A DNA stretch of 64,000 nt from contig JBDRPF010000071.1 of NCBI GenBank assembly GCA_043827325.1, positions 7,795 to 71,794 of the forward strand, in the 5' to 3' direction. Numbering within the stretch: the first letter of the stretch is position 1; every line of letters starts with the position of its first letter. A program made the translations under genes and the position numbers. Shown here in pieces: positions 17,859 to 27,847 of the stretch. Below the pieces are notes generated by a model. It saw only the letters and a list, made by a program, of their open reading frames with translations, did not search any database and was not told the DNA's origin. Source of the stretch: Pseudomonadota bacterium (lineage in GTDB: Bacteria > Desulfobacterota > Desulfobacteria > Desulfobacterales > UBA11574).

Positions 17859-18779
17859 TTATTCTCCCAAACGATCTCCGACGTTCAATCCTTTTTCAGC
17901 GGCGAATTCGGCAGCCGGCCCTTTCCCGCCCTTTCCGGGCTTAACCTTGCTGACGATGAGCTTTCCTCCGGAAACCGCGACATGGATTCCCTGATCATCG
18001 ATCTGAATGATCGTTCCCGGTGCCCCGCCTCCCGGTTCTTCTACAAATTTAGGCCCGTAAAAACGAACTCTTTCTCCTCCCATCATGACAAATGCACCGG
18101 GTTGAGGATCACAGCCCCTCACCAGATTGTAAACTTCCCGGGCCGGTTTATTCCAATCAATACCGGCGGCACTGTCGTCACAGGGCGGCTCATACGTTGC
18201 CTCCGACTCATCTTGAACCAGTTTCGGCGCCTTGCCTTCCCTTACCAGTTCGATGGATTCAATGATGGCGTCCACCCCCATGGGGAAAAGGTGGTTGAAA
18301 TAGAGGGCGCCGGTGGTGTCCTCCGGCCCGATGGCAATCTCTTTCTGAAGCAGAACAGGTCCGGTATCAATGCCCCCGTCCGGCCAGAAAATGCTGAGTC
18401 CGGTCCGTGCGTCCCCCATGATCACGGCCCAGTTAATGGCGCTGGCGCCTCGATGCCGTGGCAATAGCGAAGGATGGTAATTTATCGTTCCCAAAGAAGG
18501 TAAGTCAAAATACCGTGGCGGAATGATGTCCGTCACAAACGCCATAACCGTCAAATCAGGTTTAAGATTTTTGTATGCGGAAAAAACGGTGTCATCTTTA
18601 TACGTGGTGGGTTGATAAACGGGAATCTCTCTGGAAACAGCGGCATCTTTGAGCGGGTCGGACCGCCCCCCGGGCCTGTCCGGCGGGGTGTAAACCGCGA
18701 CAACGTTCTCTTTTTTGTCCGCTAAAGATTCCAACACCTTTGCCCCGAAGGCCGCCTGCCCAATCAGTACGATTCGCAT
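17859..18779 (-). CDS. formyltransferase family protein (Fmt / 10-formyl-THF hydrolase-like)
   Basis: NYHPSLLPRHRGASAINW, DGGIDTGP, RGCDPQPGA. Confidence 0.85.
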   Translation of the reverse strand: MRIVLIGQAAFGAKVLESLADKKENVVAVYTPPDRPGGRSDPLKDAAVSREIPVYQPTTYKDDTVFSAYKNLKPDLTVMAFVTDIIPPRYFDLPSLGTINYHPSLLPRHRGASAINWAVIMGDARTGLSIFWPDGGIDTGPVLLQKEIAIGPEDTTGALYFNHLFPMGVDAIIESIELVREGKAPKLVQDESEATYEPPCDDSAAGIDWNKPAREVYNLVRGCDPQPGAFVMMGGERVRFYGPKFVEEPGGGAPGTIIQIDDQGIHVAVSGGKLIVSKVKPGKGGKGPAAEFAAEKGLNVGDRLGE

Positions 18780-19155
18780 CTTTACCTCCTTTCTTTATCC
18801 GATATGCCATTCGGTTAAAATGTACGGTTATGTCTTTGGATTTTTCATGAAAATCGATGAACAAATAAAGAATCCAGACCCAGAGGACCAAGTTTTCAAA
18901 AACCAAACTTATTCTATCATTATAAACCGTAAAAGTGAAGCGCATAACCCGACGTGCACGCAAAAATCTGAACGGAATTGTCCCGCGACTGAAACGGAAC
19001 CCTGCTTTGAGAAAGGCTATGGAACTCTATTTTTTCATAAAAAATTCGGGGTCCCGTGTCTCAACCTTTTGGATTGACTCAACGTCCGTTTTGCATGTAC
19101 TGTGCGTTACCGGATTCCGAAACAGAAATGTTGAACCGAAAAAGCGGGTGGAATA

Positions 19156-19761
19156 ATGAGCCGGATTATTGCTTTTTATGGCAGCCCGAGACGCAAGGGG
19201 AACACTGCCACCCTCTTGAAACACGCCGTTCAGGGCGCTTTGGACAGCGGCGCTCAGGTCGAAGAAATCGTGCTCCGGGATTTAAAAATGTCTCCCTGTC
19301 TCGAAATCTACGGCTGCAAGAAAACAGGGAGGTGTGTTATCAATGACGACTTCCAGAAAATCTATGATAAGATCCAGGCCTCCCACGGACTGATCGTTGC
19401 TTCTCCCATCTTTTTCTATACCGTGAGTGCTCACACCAAAATTCTCATGGATCGGTGTCAGTCCTTCTGGGTCAAAAAATACTGGATAGACAAGATCCCG
19501 TTTGGCCAGGGAGAAACGAAACGGAAAGGGCTTTTCATATCAGCGGCCGCCTCCGGAGGCAAGAAGCTGTTTGACGGCGCGCTGTTGAGCATACAATATT
19601 TCTTTGACGTTCTGGACACGGAACTCTGGAAATCACTTCTGTACCGGGGGGTTGACTTTGAGGGAGACATTTTGAAGCATCCCGGGCGCCTGACTGAAGC
19701 ATATGAAGCGGGCAAAGCCTTTGCCGAAACAATTGAAGCGTCGGGGGCTTCTTTTCAGTAA
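19156..19761 (+). CDS. flavodoxin-fold NADPH-dependent FMN reductase / iron-sulfur flavoprotein family
   Basis: GSPRRKGNT, PCLEIYGCKKTGRC..NDD, ASPIFF, MDR. Confidence 0.85.
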   Translation: MSRIIAFYGSPRRKGNTATLLKHAVQGALDSGAQVEEIVLRDLKMSPCLEIYGCKKTGRCVINDDFQKIYDKIQASHGLIVASPIFFYTVSAHTKILMDRCQSFWVKKYWIDKIPFGQGETKRKGLFISAAASGGKKLFDGALLSIQYFFDVLDTELWKSLLYRGVDFEGDILKHPGRLTEAYEAGKAFAETIEASGASFQ

Positions 19762-19811
19762 ATATCCTGGCCAGAGGGCCAGGTTTTTTAGGGCAAAAAA
19801 AAGGGGCGAAC

Positions 19812-21317
19812 ATGAGTTATAAAATCGGTTTTGCGGGAACGGACGGGAGAACATTTTTAAGCGCGCTGGTTACCTCGACGGCCACCAGTGAATTACACCC
19901 GGAGGAGTTTCGAGGCGTCGTCATTCGGGGAATGCCGGCCATGCCGCCGTTTGCAAAGCTGATGAAATGGCCGCTGGATTTTATTTCTACCACCGACAAC
20001 TCAAAAGAGGGGTATGCGGCGGCGATTGCAGAAGCGCTGGAAAACGGTTCCATCGACTGTGTTTTGCCCATGCCCGAAGACTTGCTGCTCGCCGGACTGG
20101 TGGATGAATTGGACAAGGCCGGCTTTCCGGATTCCATTATCGGCTTTACCCGCGAAGGTGCGTTCGTTGAGGGCGACAAAATTGCCTGTAAACGTCTTTG
20201 CCGTGAATATGACATCCCGGTCGCGGACGAATGGTTTGAGGCTGATGCAAGGGATTATGATGCGGTTTTGAGAATTTGTCTCGAATTATTAGACCGTTTC
20301 GGCGGCGTCGTACTCAAGTATCCATACAGTGCCGGCGGCAAGGGAGCCAGAATTATCCTGAACTCCTGGGAAGTAAAAGAAGTGTACGACACACTCATGA
20401 CGGACTATGCGAAAAACTATAAAAATCTTTTTGGAAAAAAGTCGGAGTGGCCGCTTCTTATTGAATCGAGAATGTCCGGGGTTGAAATTTCGTTTGCCGC
20501 GCTTGTCGACAAAAACGGCAATTTTCAAATTCTTCCCACCGCCATGGACTACCCGGAACGGTTTCCGGGCACGGCAAGCAAGGACAACCCGATTACCGGC
20601 GGCATGGGGAGCATCTCTCCCCATCCCATGGAAACCCCCGGGCTTTTCGAAATGGCGGCAAAAAATGTTTTCGAACCCTTCATCAGCGCACTGAAAGCAA
20701 AAAATATCCTGCGACCCTGTTTTCTGTATCCAGGGTGCTTTCTCTCTTTTGACAACAACATGCTCCCCACACGCATACGCATGTGTGAGATGAACATTCG
20801 CCCGCCCGAACCGGAATTCCAACCGATCATTCGCAGGGTTAGAAACCTGGGCGCCCTGATCAAAGCGACGATCCAGGGAAATCTGGACAAAGTGGAACCG
20901 GAAGTTCGGATGGATCAAATCTCCATCACCATCGCACTGGTTACCGGACCCGGCGGTCCGCAGGGCCAAAAAGGATACCCATGGTCATGCACCAAAAGTG
21001 AAACCGTTGAAATTGACTTCGGATACTTAAAGAAAAAAAAGATCCAGGTGATCCCTTCCGCCATGACGTTTTCCGATGAAGAAAAGGTTTTTAAGTCGGA
21101 CGGCACCCGTGTCCTTTATTGCAATGTCAATGCAGCGGTCAAACCCGGTGAACGCAGAGCCGCGGTGGCTGAACGGCTTCGTCAGAAAATACTGGCCGCT
21201 TTTGCGAATGGCAAAATACGGGTAATCCCTCGCGAAAATTCGGAAGGCAACCGGCTGAATTTTCGGAATGACATCGGCATGCATTATGAAATAGCGGAAA
21301 AATTGCTTTCAAAATAG
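19812..21317 (+). CDS. divergent phosphoribosylamine-glycine ligase (PurD)-like ATP-grasp enzyme
   Basis: EGDK..CK, VLK...SAGGKGA, GVEIS, DY.ERF...NPITGGMGS, EMNIR..EPE.Q, GYP. Confidence 0.65.
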   Translation: MSYKIGFAGTDGRTFLSALVTSTATSELHPEEFRGVVIRGMPAMPPFAKLMKWPLDFISTTDNSKEGYAAAIAEALENGSIDCVLPMPEDLLLAGLVDELDKAGFPDSIIGFTREGAFVEGDKIACKRLCREYDIPVADEWFEADARDYDAVLRICLELLDRFGGVVLKYPYSAGGKGARIILNSWEVKEVYDTLMTDYAKNYKNLFGKKSEWPLLIESRMSGVEISFAALVDKNGNFQILPTAMDYPERFPGTASKDNPITGGMGSISPHPMETPGLFEMAAKNVFEPFISALKAKNILRPCFLYPGCFLSFDNNMLPTRIRMCEMNIRPPEPEFQPIIRRVRNLGALIKATIQGNLDKVEPEVRMDQISITIALVTGPGGPQGQKGYPWSCTKSETVEIDFGYLKKKKIQVIPSAMTFSDEEKVFKSDGTRVLYCNVNAAVKPGERRAAVAERLRQKILAAFANGKIRVIPRENSEGNRLNFRNDIGMHYEIAEKLLSK

Positions 21318-21451
21318 AAGCTCCGGTCACTTCACAGCTTCATCCTGTGCAGGGGAGATATAAAAATGAACATATCATCAACGACATCATCTCGTCATGC
21401 AATTCATAGGCGTACTGGCTTCATAACCCCTTTTATCAATGGGAGGTCGAA

Positions 21452-22564
21452 ATGATAGTAGGCATCTTAAAAGAAATCAAAACCGAAGAACATCGCGTTT
21501 CCATGACCCCCGCCGGAGTGGAGGTCATGAAACAGAACGGGCATTCGGTGCTGGTTGAAAAAAATTCCGGTGTGGGCAGCGGCTTCAATGATGGCAACTA
21601 TGCGTCTGCCGGCGCGGAAATTATAGATACGCCCGGCGAAATTTACGCTCGTTCCGACATGGTAATGCACGTCAAAGAACCCTTGCCATCCGAGTATGAG
21701 CTCATCCGGGAAGGCCAGATTGTTTTTACGTATCTCCACCTGGCCGCTTCCGAAGCGCTGACAAACATCCTTGTTCAAAGCCGCTCCGTCAACATCGCCT
21801 ATGAGACCATTCAAAAACAGGATGGGTCTCTTCCGCTGCTGACCCCCATGAGCGAAGTGGCGGGACGCATGGCGATTCAGCAGGGCGCGAAATATCTCGA
21901 AATGACACAGGGCGGCCACGGTGTTCTTCTCGGCGGTGTCCCCGGGGTCGATCCGGGCATGGTTGTCATCATCGGCGGCGGTATCGTCGGAACCAATGCC
22001 GCCAAGATGGCCTGCGGTCTGGGGGCCAAGGTTTATCTGCTTGATCTGAACCTCGACCGCCTTCGATATTTGAGCGACATCATGCCGAGCAACTGTTTTC
22101 TTTTATTTTCAAGTCCGGCAAATATCCGCGAGCTCATAACAAGAGCCGATGTGGTCGTCGGGGCCGTACTCATCCCCGGTGCAAAGGCCCCCAGGCTGAT
22201 TACCCGCGATATGTTAAAGACCATGAAAAAGGGCTCGGTGCTGGTAGATGTCTCCATTGACCAGGGCGGGTGCTTTGAGACGTCAAAGCCGACAACCCAT
22301 TCCGATCCCATTTACGTCATCGATGGCGTGGTGCACTACTGCGTGGCCAATATGCCCGGTGCTGTGGCAAAAACCTCCACCCTCGCGCTGACCAATGCCA
22401 CATTGCCCTATGCGGTTGAAATCGCGAACAACGGCTGGGAAAAAGCCATGAAAAAGAATCCTGAAATAAAGCTCGGTGCCAACGTGGTTAAAGGCAGGGT
22501 GACGTACAAGGGTGTCGCCGAGGCCTTTGATATGGATTACACGCCGATTGAAACGCTTCTGTGA
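21452..22564 (+). CDS. ald: alanine dehydrogenase
   Basis: KEIK..E.RV, TYLHLA, PMSEVAGR, GGVPGV, IDQGGCFETS, YCVANMPG. Confidence 0.95.
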   Translation: MIVGILKEIKTEEHRVSMTPAGVEVMKQNGHSVLVEKNSGVGSGFNDGNYASAGAEIIDTPGEIYARSDMVMHVKEPLPSEYELIREGQIVFTYLHLAASEALTNILVQSRSVNIAYETIQKQDGSLPLLTPMSEVAGRMAIQQGAKYLEMTQGGHGVLLGGVPGVDPGMVVIIGGGIVGTNAAKMACGLGAKVYLLDLNLDRLRYLSDIMPSNCFLLFSSPANIRELITRADVVVGAVLIPGAKAPRLITRDMLKTMKKGSVLVDVSIDQGGCFETSKPTTHSDPIYVIDGVVHYCVANMPGAVAKTSTLALTNATLPYAVEIANNGWEKAMKKNPEIKLGANVVKGRVTYKGVAEAFDMDYTPIETLL

Positions 22565-22629
22565 AAAGTAAAGAATCCGGGCTCAGAGGATCCGGCGTTG
22601 AGTGCTCTCCGGCGGGGCGAAGTCTGACC

Positions 22630-22800
22630 TTCAGGGTTCTGAGTTCCGGGTTCCCCGTTCAGGGTTAACCCCTGAACCTTGAACCTCTGAACCTTGAACC
22701 TTTGAACCTTGAACCTCTGAACCTTGAACCTCTGAACCTTGAACCTCTGAACCTTTGAACCTTGAACCTTGAACCTCTGAACCTTTGAACCTCGAACCTT
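22630..22800. repeat. 7/8-bp tandem array (TGAACCT[C/T], 17 units at 22673-22800) with a short inverted arm
   Basis: units counted directly; 4-5 degenerate inverted units (GGGTTC[A/C/T]) at 22630-22666. Confidence 0.9.
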
Positions 22801-22880
22801 AATTTAAAGCATAGCCGCTGTTTTTAGCGTGATCCAAAGGACCACGTTCTTCAGGCCAAAAAACTAGAGGAGGCTCGCAT

Positions 22881-24041
22881 TTGGAAGCGCCAATTGTATG
22901 GGCGGAGGTCGACCTGCAGGCTGTCGCCCACAACGTGCGTGAATTAAGGCGCGTCACCCGGCCCGAAGCCCGCCTGATGGCGGTCGTGAAGGCCAACGCT
23001 TACGGCCATGGCGTTCTGGAAGTGGCCCGCCGGGCCCTTCAAAGCGGCGCGGACCTTTTGGGTGTGGCAAGACTGAACGAAGCCATTGCCCTTAGGGAAG
23101 CGGGTTTCGAAGTGCCTGTCCTCATTTTCGGCTATACACCTCCGGCCGACGCCCGCCGGCTGTTTGAGTTCGATCTGACCCAAACCGTCTATGCCTGCGA
23201 AACCGCCGAGGCGCTTTCGCGTGTTGCCAGGGCAAACGGAAAAAAGATCACGGTTCACCTTAAAGTGGATACCGGAATGGGAAGGCTCGGCCTGCTCACC
23301 GACAGTCTTCGGCCGTCGGTTCCGGGGAAGGAAGCGCCGGGCGGCGCTGTCCGCGAAGCCGAATCCATCGCGCGGTTCAAAGGTCTCGAACTGGAAGGAA
23401 TATACACCCATTTTGCCACCGCCGACAGCGCTGAAAAGTCTTTTGCCGAAAAGCAGATCGAACTGTTCATGGATTTTTTAAACAAGCTCCGACACGCGGG
23501 CCTGGAAGTTCCGATACGGCACGCCGCCAACAGCGGCGCGATCATCGATATGCCCGAAACTCACCTCGACATGGTGCGGGCGGGTATCTCGCTGTACGGT
23601 CTTTATCCCTCGAATGAGGTGGATAAACGTCGCATCTCACTCAGGCCGGCCATGGCGTTGAAAGCCAGGGTGGTTCATTTAAAAAAAGTTCCCGCCGGAT
23701 TTTCGGTCAGTTACGGGTGTACCCATGAAACCCCTGAACCCACCACCATTGCCACCGTTCCCGTCGGATACGCGGACGGGTTCAACCGCAGACTCTCTTC
23801 CCGCGGCCGGATGCTGGTCGCCGGGGAAACCGCGCCGATTATCGGCCGGGTATGCATGGATCAAACAATGATCGATGTCGGTCATATCCCTCAAGTGGAT
23901 GTCGGAGATGAAGTGGTCATTTTTGGCAGGCAAAACAATGCAGCCATAAGCGTCGAAGAGATCGCCGCCGACCTCGACACGATTAACTATGAAATCGTAT
24001 CCGCCTTGACCGCACGCATTCCCAGGATCTACTCAGAATAG
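22881..24041 (+). CDS. alr: alanine racemase
   Basis: AVVKANAYGHG, KVDTGMGRLG, HFATAD, HAANS, GYADG, GRVCMD, TINYE. Confidence 0.95.
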   Translation: MEAPIVWAEVDLQAVAHNVRELRRVTRPEARLMAVVKANAYGHGVLEVARRALQSGADLLGVARLNEAIALREAGFEVPVLIFGYTPPADARRLFEFDLTQTVYACETAEALSRVARANGKKITVHLKVDTGMGRLGLLTDSLRPSVPGKEAPGGAVREAESIARFKGLELEGIYTHFATADSAEKSFAEKQIELFMDFLNKLRHAGLEVPIRHAANSGAIIDMPETHLDMVRAGISLYGLYPSNEVDKRRISLRPAMALKARVVHLKKVPAGFSVSYGCTHETPEPTTIATVPVGYADGFNRRLSSRGRMLVAGETAPIIGRVCMDQTMIDVGHIPQVDVGDEVVIFGRQNNAAISVEEIAADLDTINYEIVSALTARIPRIYSE

Positions 24042-24190
24042 TTTTACCGATGAGACTCTTCTTGAAAAAATCAAAGAATTAATGATACAGTGTGGAGAGC
24101 CCAGTTCACTTCGCTCACAATTGGAGTGATGGAATGATGGGTTAAAGGTATTCTTTCAAATAATTCTACTGAACATCGGGAGCATACTCG

Positions 24191-25813
24191 ATGACATTTC
24201 ATGATATCTATCCATTGCGAATCCTCGGGGTTGATGATGACCAACTCATTTTGGATTTATACCGCAAAATCCTTTCTACCGTACCCAAAGGCAATAGAAC
24301 ATCGCCCGAAGCCGCGGGATCCGGAACAGATACCGACCTGTCATCAGAATCTTTTGATATCATCCTGTGCAAACAGGGTGACGACGCCGTCGAAACGGTC
24401 AGGGCATCGATTGACAAAAACAGGCCCTTCGCCATCGCCTTTATCGATATGCTGATGTCGCCGGGTCCTGATGGTTTGTGGACAGCGGAGAACATCCGCA
24501 AAGTTGACCCGCATATTCAAATCGTCCTGGTAACCGGTTATTCCGACATTGACCTCATTGAACTGTCCCGCCGTGTTCCCCCGCTTGACAAACTGCTGTA
24601 TCTTCAAAAACCGTTTCAATTTCAAGAAATATGGCAGTTTGCTTCTTCTCTGGGCGCAAAATGGCAGGTGGAACGGCAATTTCGCAAAATCCAGATCGGC
24701 CTGGAAACCATGGTCGAAAAACGGACCTCTTCCCTGCTGGAAGCCAATGTAAAACTGGAAGAGGAAATAACGTCTCGAATCCAGACCGAAAATTCGCTTC
24801 GGGAAAGCGAAGAGAAATATCGCTCGCTTTTTGAAGACTCCAGAGACGCCATATATATCTCAGACAGCAAGGGTAAACTTCTTGATGTCAATCAATTTAC
24901 CCTGGAGATCTTTGACTACACCAGAGAAGAAATGTCACAAATGGACATCCACGATATCTACGTGAATCCGGAGGATCGATTAAACCTTGTTCGGGAAATC
25001 GATAAAAAAGGTTCCGTAAAGGACTATGAAGTCAAACTCCGCAATAAGAACGGGAAGGTAATGGATTGCCTGGTGACCTCGTCTGTGTGGAGAACCAAAA
25101 ACGGAAAAGTTCTCGGGTACCAGGGCATCATTCGGGATATTTCCGAACAGAAGCGCAGTCGCGAAGAATTGGACCGGACGCTGGACAACCTCCAGACGGT
25201 TATGAAAGGAACGATCCAGGCAATGGCATATACGGTTGAAACACGTGATCCATACACTGCCGGGCATCAACAGCGGGTTGCCGATCTGTCACGAGCCATC
25301 GCAAATGAAATGGGGCTTCCGGAGAACCAGATTGAAGGGGTGTTTATGGCCGGAGTCATTCACGATCTGGGCAAAATATCCGTCCCGGCCGAAATCCTCT
25401 CCAAGCCCGGCCGCATACCCGAACTCGAATTCAGCCTGATTAAAATACATCCCCAGTCCGGCTACGATATTCTGAAAGGGATAGAATTCCCCTGGCCGAT
25501 TGCGCAAATCGTGCTTCAACACCATGAAAGGATGGACGGCTCTGGATATCCCCGGGGTCTTTCCGGTGAAGACATCCTCATCGAGGCCAGAATTCTGGCC
25601 GTGGCGGATGTTGTCGAAGCCATGGCTTCACACCGGCCCTACCGCCCGGCACTCGGCATAGATGCGGCACTGGAAGAAATTTCCGCGAATAAAAACGCCC
25701 ATTTTGATCAAGACGTGGTGGATGCCTGTTTGAAATTGTTCGACACAAAGGATTTAAAATCAAGCGGGAAGCTTTACAATGGGTATGCCATTCTCGACAG
25801 TGCCAGCTATTAG
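24191..25813 (+). CDS. REC-PAS-HD-GYP cyclic di-nucleotide phosphodiesterase
   Basis: receiver domain (VDDD, DMLM, KPF), PAS domain ending in RDISE, DPYTAGHQQRV, HDLGK, HHERMDGSGYP. Confidence 0.9.
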   Translation: MTFHDIYPLRILGVDDDQLILDLYRKILSTVPKGNRTSPEAAGSGTDTDLSSESFDIILCKQGDDAVETVRASIDKNRPFAIAFIDMLMSPGPDGLWTAENIRKVDPHIQIVLVTGYSDIDLIELSRRVPPLDKLLYLQKPFQFQEIWQFASSLGAKWQVERQFRKIQIGLETMVEKRTSSLLEANVKLEEEITSRIQTENSLRESEEKYRSLFEDSRDAIYISDSKGKLLDVNQFTLEIFDYTREEMSQMDIHDIYVNPEDRLNLVREIDKKGSVKDYEVKLRNKNGKVMDCLVTSSVWRTKNGKVLGYQGIIRDISEQKRSREELDRTLDNLQTVMKGTIQAMAYTVETRDPYTAGHQQRVADLSRAIANEMGLPENQIEGVFMAGVIHDLGKISVPAEILSKPGRIPELEFSLIKIHPQSGYDILKGIEFPWPIAQIVLQHHERMDGSGYPRGLSGEDILIEARILAVADVVEAMASHRPYRPALGIDAALEEISANKNAHFDQDVVDACLKLFDTKDLKSSGKLYNGYAILDSASY

Positions 25814-25884
25814 ATAGTTTCCATCCATAAATGGCCCTTTTTCCCCTGAGCGGCGTTCTCCGCGGGTTTTCGCCTGCGACGTAC

Positions 25885-26112
25885 ATTTCTGTTCCTCCCA
25901 ATAGGATCAGTGAGATTGTCAACGGGAAAAGATCCATCACTGCCGATACCGCATTGAGATTGCAGCGCTATTTTGGTGTTGAAGCTCAGTTTTGGCTGAA
26001 TTTACAGGATGCAAAGCGGTATTATTGTCTTGGCAGAGTCGCCGGTGGAATTATGACCGTAAGATTTACCTGTCGAAAAAACAAAATCAGAAGATGATTC
26101 GCAGATTACTGG
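25885..26112 (+). pseudogene. fused fragments of a HigA-like antitoxin and a BrnT-like toxin
   Basis: VPPNRISEIVNGKRSITADTALRLQRYFGVEAQFWLNLQ (HigA HTH core) followed by RYYCLGRVAGGIMTVRFTCRKNKIR (BrnT-like C-terminal part); no proper N-terminus. Confidence 0.65.
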
Positions 26113-26143
26113 ATGAATACGCGGCTCACCAATCCTAATTTAT

Positions 26144-26212
26144 CCATATCAAGTCAATTCACCGGATAATCAAAGCCGGCGCTTTGCTTACCGGTGATCT
26201 CCATCGTTGGCC
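26144..26212 (+). mobile_element. integron attC site 1 (degenerate R'')
   Basis: CCATATC (AAC->ATC)..TTCACCGG ATAATCAAAGC CGGC GCTTTGCTTA CCGGTGA..C GTTGGCC. Confidence 0.65.
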
Positions 26213-26224
26213 TAAAATTAGTCC

Positions 26225-26253
26225 TTGACCGCTTCACTCAAAATGGCTATACT
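26225..26253 (+). promoter_or_regulatory. sigma70 promoter of the mazEF cassette
   Basis: TTGACC-17 nt-TATACT, then SD AGGAGG. Confidence 0.7.
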
Positions 26254-26279
26254 TCGGATATACATTAGGAGGTGGTCAC

Positions 26280-26528
26280 ATGCTTGCGAAAATTCAAAAA
26301 TGGGGAAATAGCCAGGGGCTTCGTCTTGCCAAAAATCTACTCGCCGAAGCGCACCTTGGTGTCGGCGATGAAGTGGATATTAGCGTAAAAGACGGAATTA
26401 TGATCGTCACACCAGCAAAAAGAACACGTGGACGGCACAGTCTGAAGGATCTTGTGGCACGTATTCCTGAAAACTACCAAACCGGAGAAATTGACTGGGG
26501 AGAGCCGGTTGGCAAGGAGGCTTGGTAG
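26280..26528 (+). CDS. mazE: AbrB/MazE antitoxin
   Basis: KIQKWGNSQGLRL, EIDWGEPVGKEAW. Confidence 0.9.
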   Translation: MLAKIQKWGNSQGLRLAKNLLAEAHLGVGDEVDISVKDGIMIVTPAKRTRGRHSLKDLVARIPENYQTGEIDWGEPVGKEAW

Positions 26529-26864
26529 ATGGCTGCTTATATCCCCAAACAAGGGGACCTCATCACAATCACATTTGATCCACAATCTGGTCATGAACAA
26601 AAAGGACGACGCCCTGCTTTTGTTGTTAGTAAGGACCTGTTCAACCAAAGCACAGGTTTGGCTATTGTGTGCCCAGTTACAAAAACAGAGCGTGCTTTTC
26701 CCTTTCACGTACCTCTTCCAGAAGACAGTAAGTTGACAGGTTTCATCATGGTTGAGCAAGTTAAATCTGTTGATTTCCGTGCTCGCCGCGCTAAACGAAT
26801 TGAATACGGCAATGATGAGTTGCTGTCAGACGTTCTTTCCATATTGGATGCCTGCATCTACTAA
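26529..26864 (+). CDS. mazF: PemK/MazF endoribonuclease toxin
   Basis: FDPQSGHEQKGRRPA.VVS, CPVT, EQVKSVD. Confidence 0.92.
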   Translation: MAAYIPKQGDLITITFDPQSGHEQKGRRPAFVVSKDLFNQSTGLAIVCPVTKTERAFPFHVPLPEDSKLTGFIMVEQVKSVDFRARRAKRIEYGNDELLSDVLSILDACIY

Positions 26865-26866
26865 CC

Positions 26867-26963
26867 GGCCAACATTTCGCTTCAGCAGACAGCCAGGGCG
26901 GGGCGTTCGTGCTTAACCGTCTGTCCTGATTGCCTTGGCCGCCGCTGAGCTTGGCGGTTATAG
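26867..26963 (+). mobile_element. integron attC site 2
   Basis: R'' GGCCAAC, L'' CTTCAGC, inner stem GCCAGGGC/GCCTTGGC, L' GCTGAG, R' GTTATAG; begins 2 nt after the mazF stop. Confidence 0.8.
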
Positions 26964-26983
26964 AACTTATTTTGGAGTGAATT

Positions 26984-27847
26984 ATGAAAACGTTATTTGA
27001 TCCGGTTAAGTTGGGAGAATTATTTCTGCCCAACCGCATTATTATGTCTCCGCTAACCCGTTGCCGCGCCAGTGAAGGCCGGGTGCCGAATGCTCTAATG
27101 ACAGAATATTACTCCCAGCGTGCAACGGCAGGTCTGATTATTAGCGAAGCCACATCTGTCACACCTATGGGGGTGGGCTATCCAGATACGCCCGGGATCT
27201 GGTCAGATGAGCAGGTTGAGGGTTGGAAACGGGTGACGGATGCGGTGCACAAGGCTGGTGGCCGTATGGTACTGCAACTGTGGCATGTGGGTCGTATTTC
27301 GGATCCGCTTTATCTCGATGGAGAACAACCGGTAGCACCCAGTGCAATTGCGGCGAAAGGGCATGTCAGTCTGGTGCGTCCGCAGAAAACCTACGAAGTG
27401 CCCCGCGCACTGGAACGCGATGAGATCCCCGGCATCATCGAGGGGTATCGCAACGGCGCGGAAAATGCGAAAAAAGCAGGTTTTGACGGTGTAGAAGTTC
27501 ATGGCGCCAATGGCTATCTGCTGGATCAGTTCCTGCAAAGCTCAACCAATCAACGCACGGACGATTATGGCGGCAGTATAGAAAATCGGGCACGTCTGCT
27601 GTTGGAAGTCACCAATGCGGCTATTTCCGTCTGGGGCGTCGGTCGTGTCGGGGTACACCTGGCACCAAGAGGTGATTCACATGACATGGGTGACAATGAT
27701 CCGGCCGCAACCTTTGGTTATGTTGCAAAAGAGCTGGGGAAGCGCGACATCGCCTTTATCTTTACTCGTGAACACTTTAATGCGGCGGCATTAACGCCCG
27801 CATTGAAAAAAGTGTTTGGCGGCAGTCTTATCGCTTCGGTAAATTAA
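26984..27847 (+). pseudogene. nemA: 3'-truncated alkene reductase (Old Yellow Enzyme, NemA-like)
   Basis: NRIIMSPLTR, QLWHVGR, EVHGANGYLLDQF, RTDDYGGS; ends at FGGSLIA after 287 aa, lacking the FMN-phosphate-binding C-terminal part. Confidence 0.75.

Noticed and set aside
22673-22800. Possible CRISPR array
   Set aside because: The units are 7-8 bp with no unique spacers, and there are no cas genes in the window.
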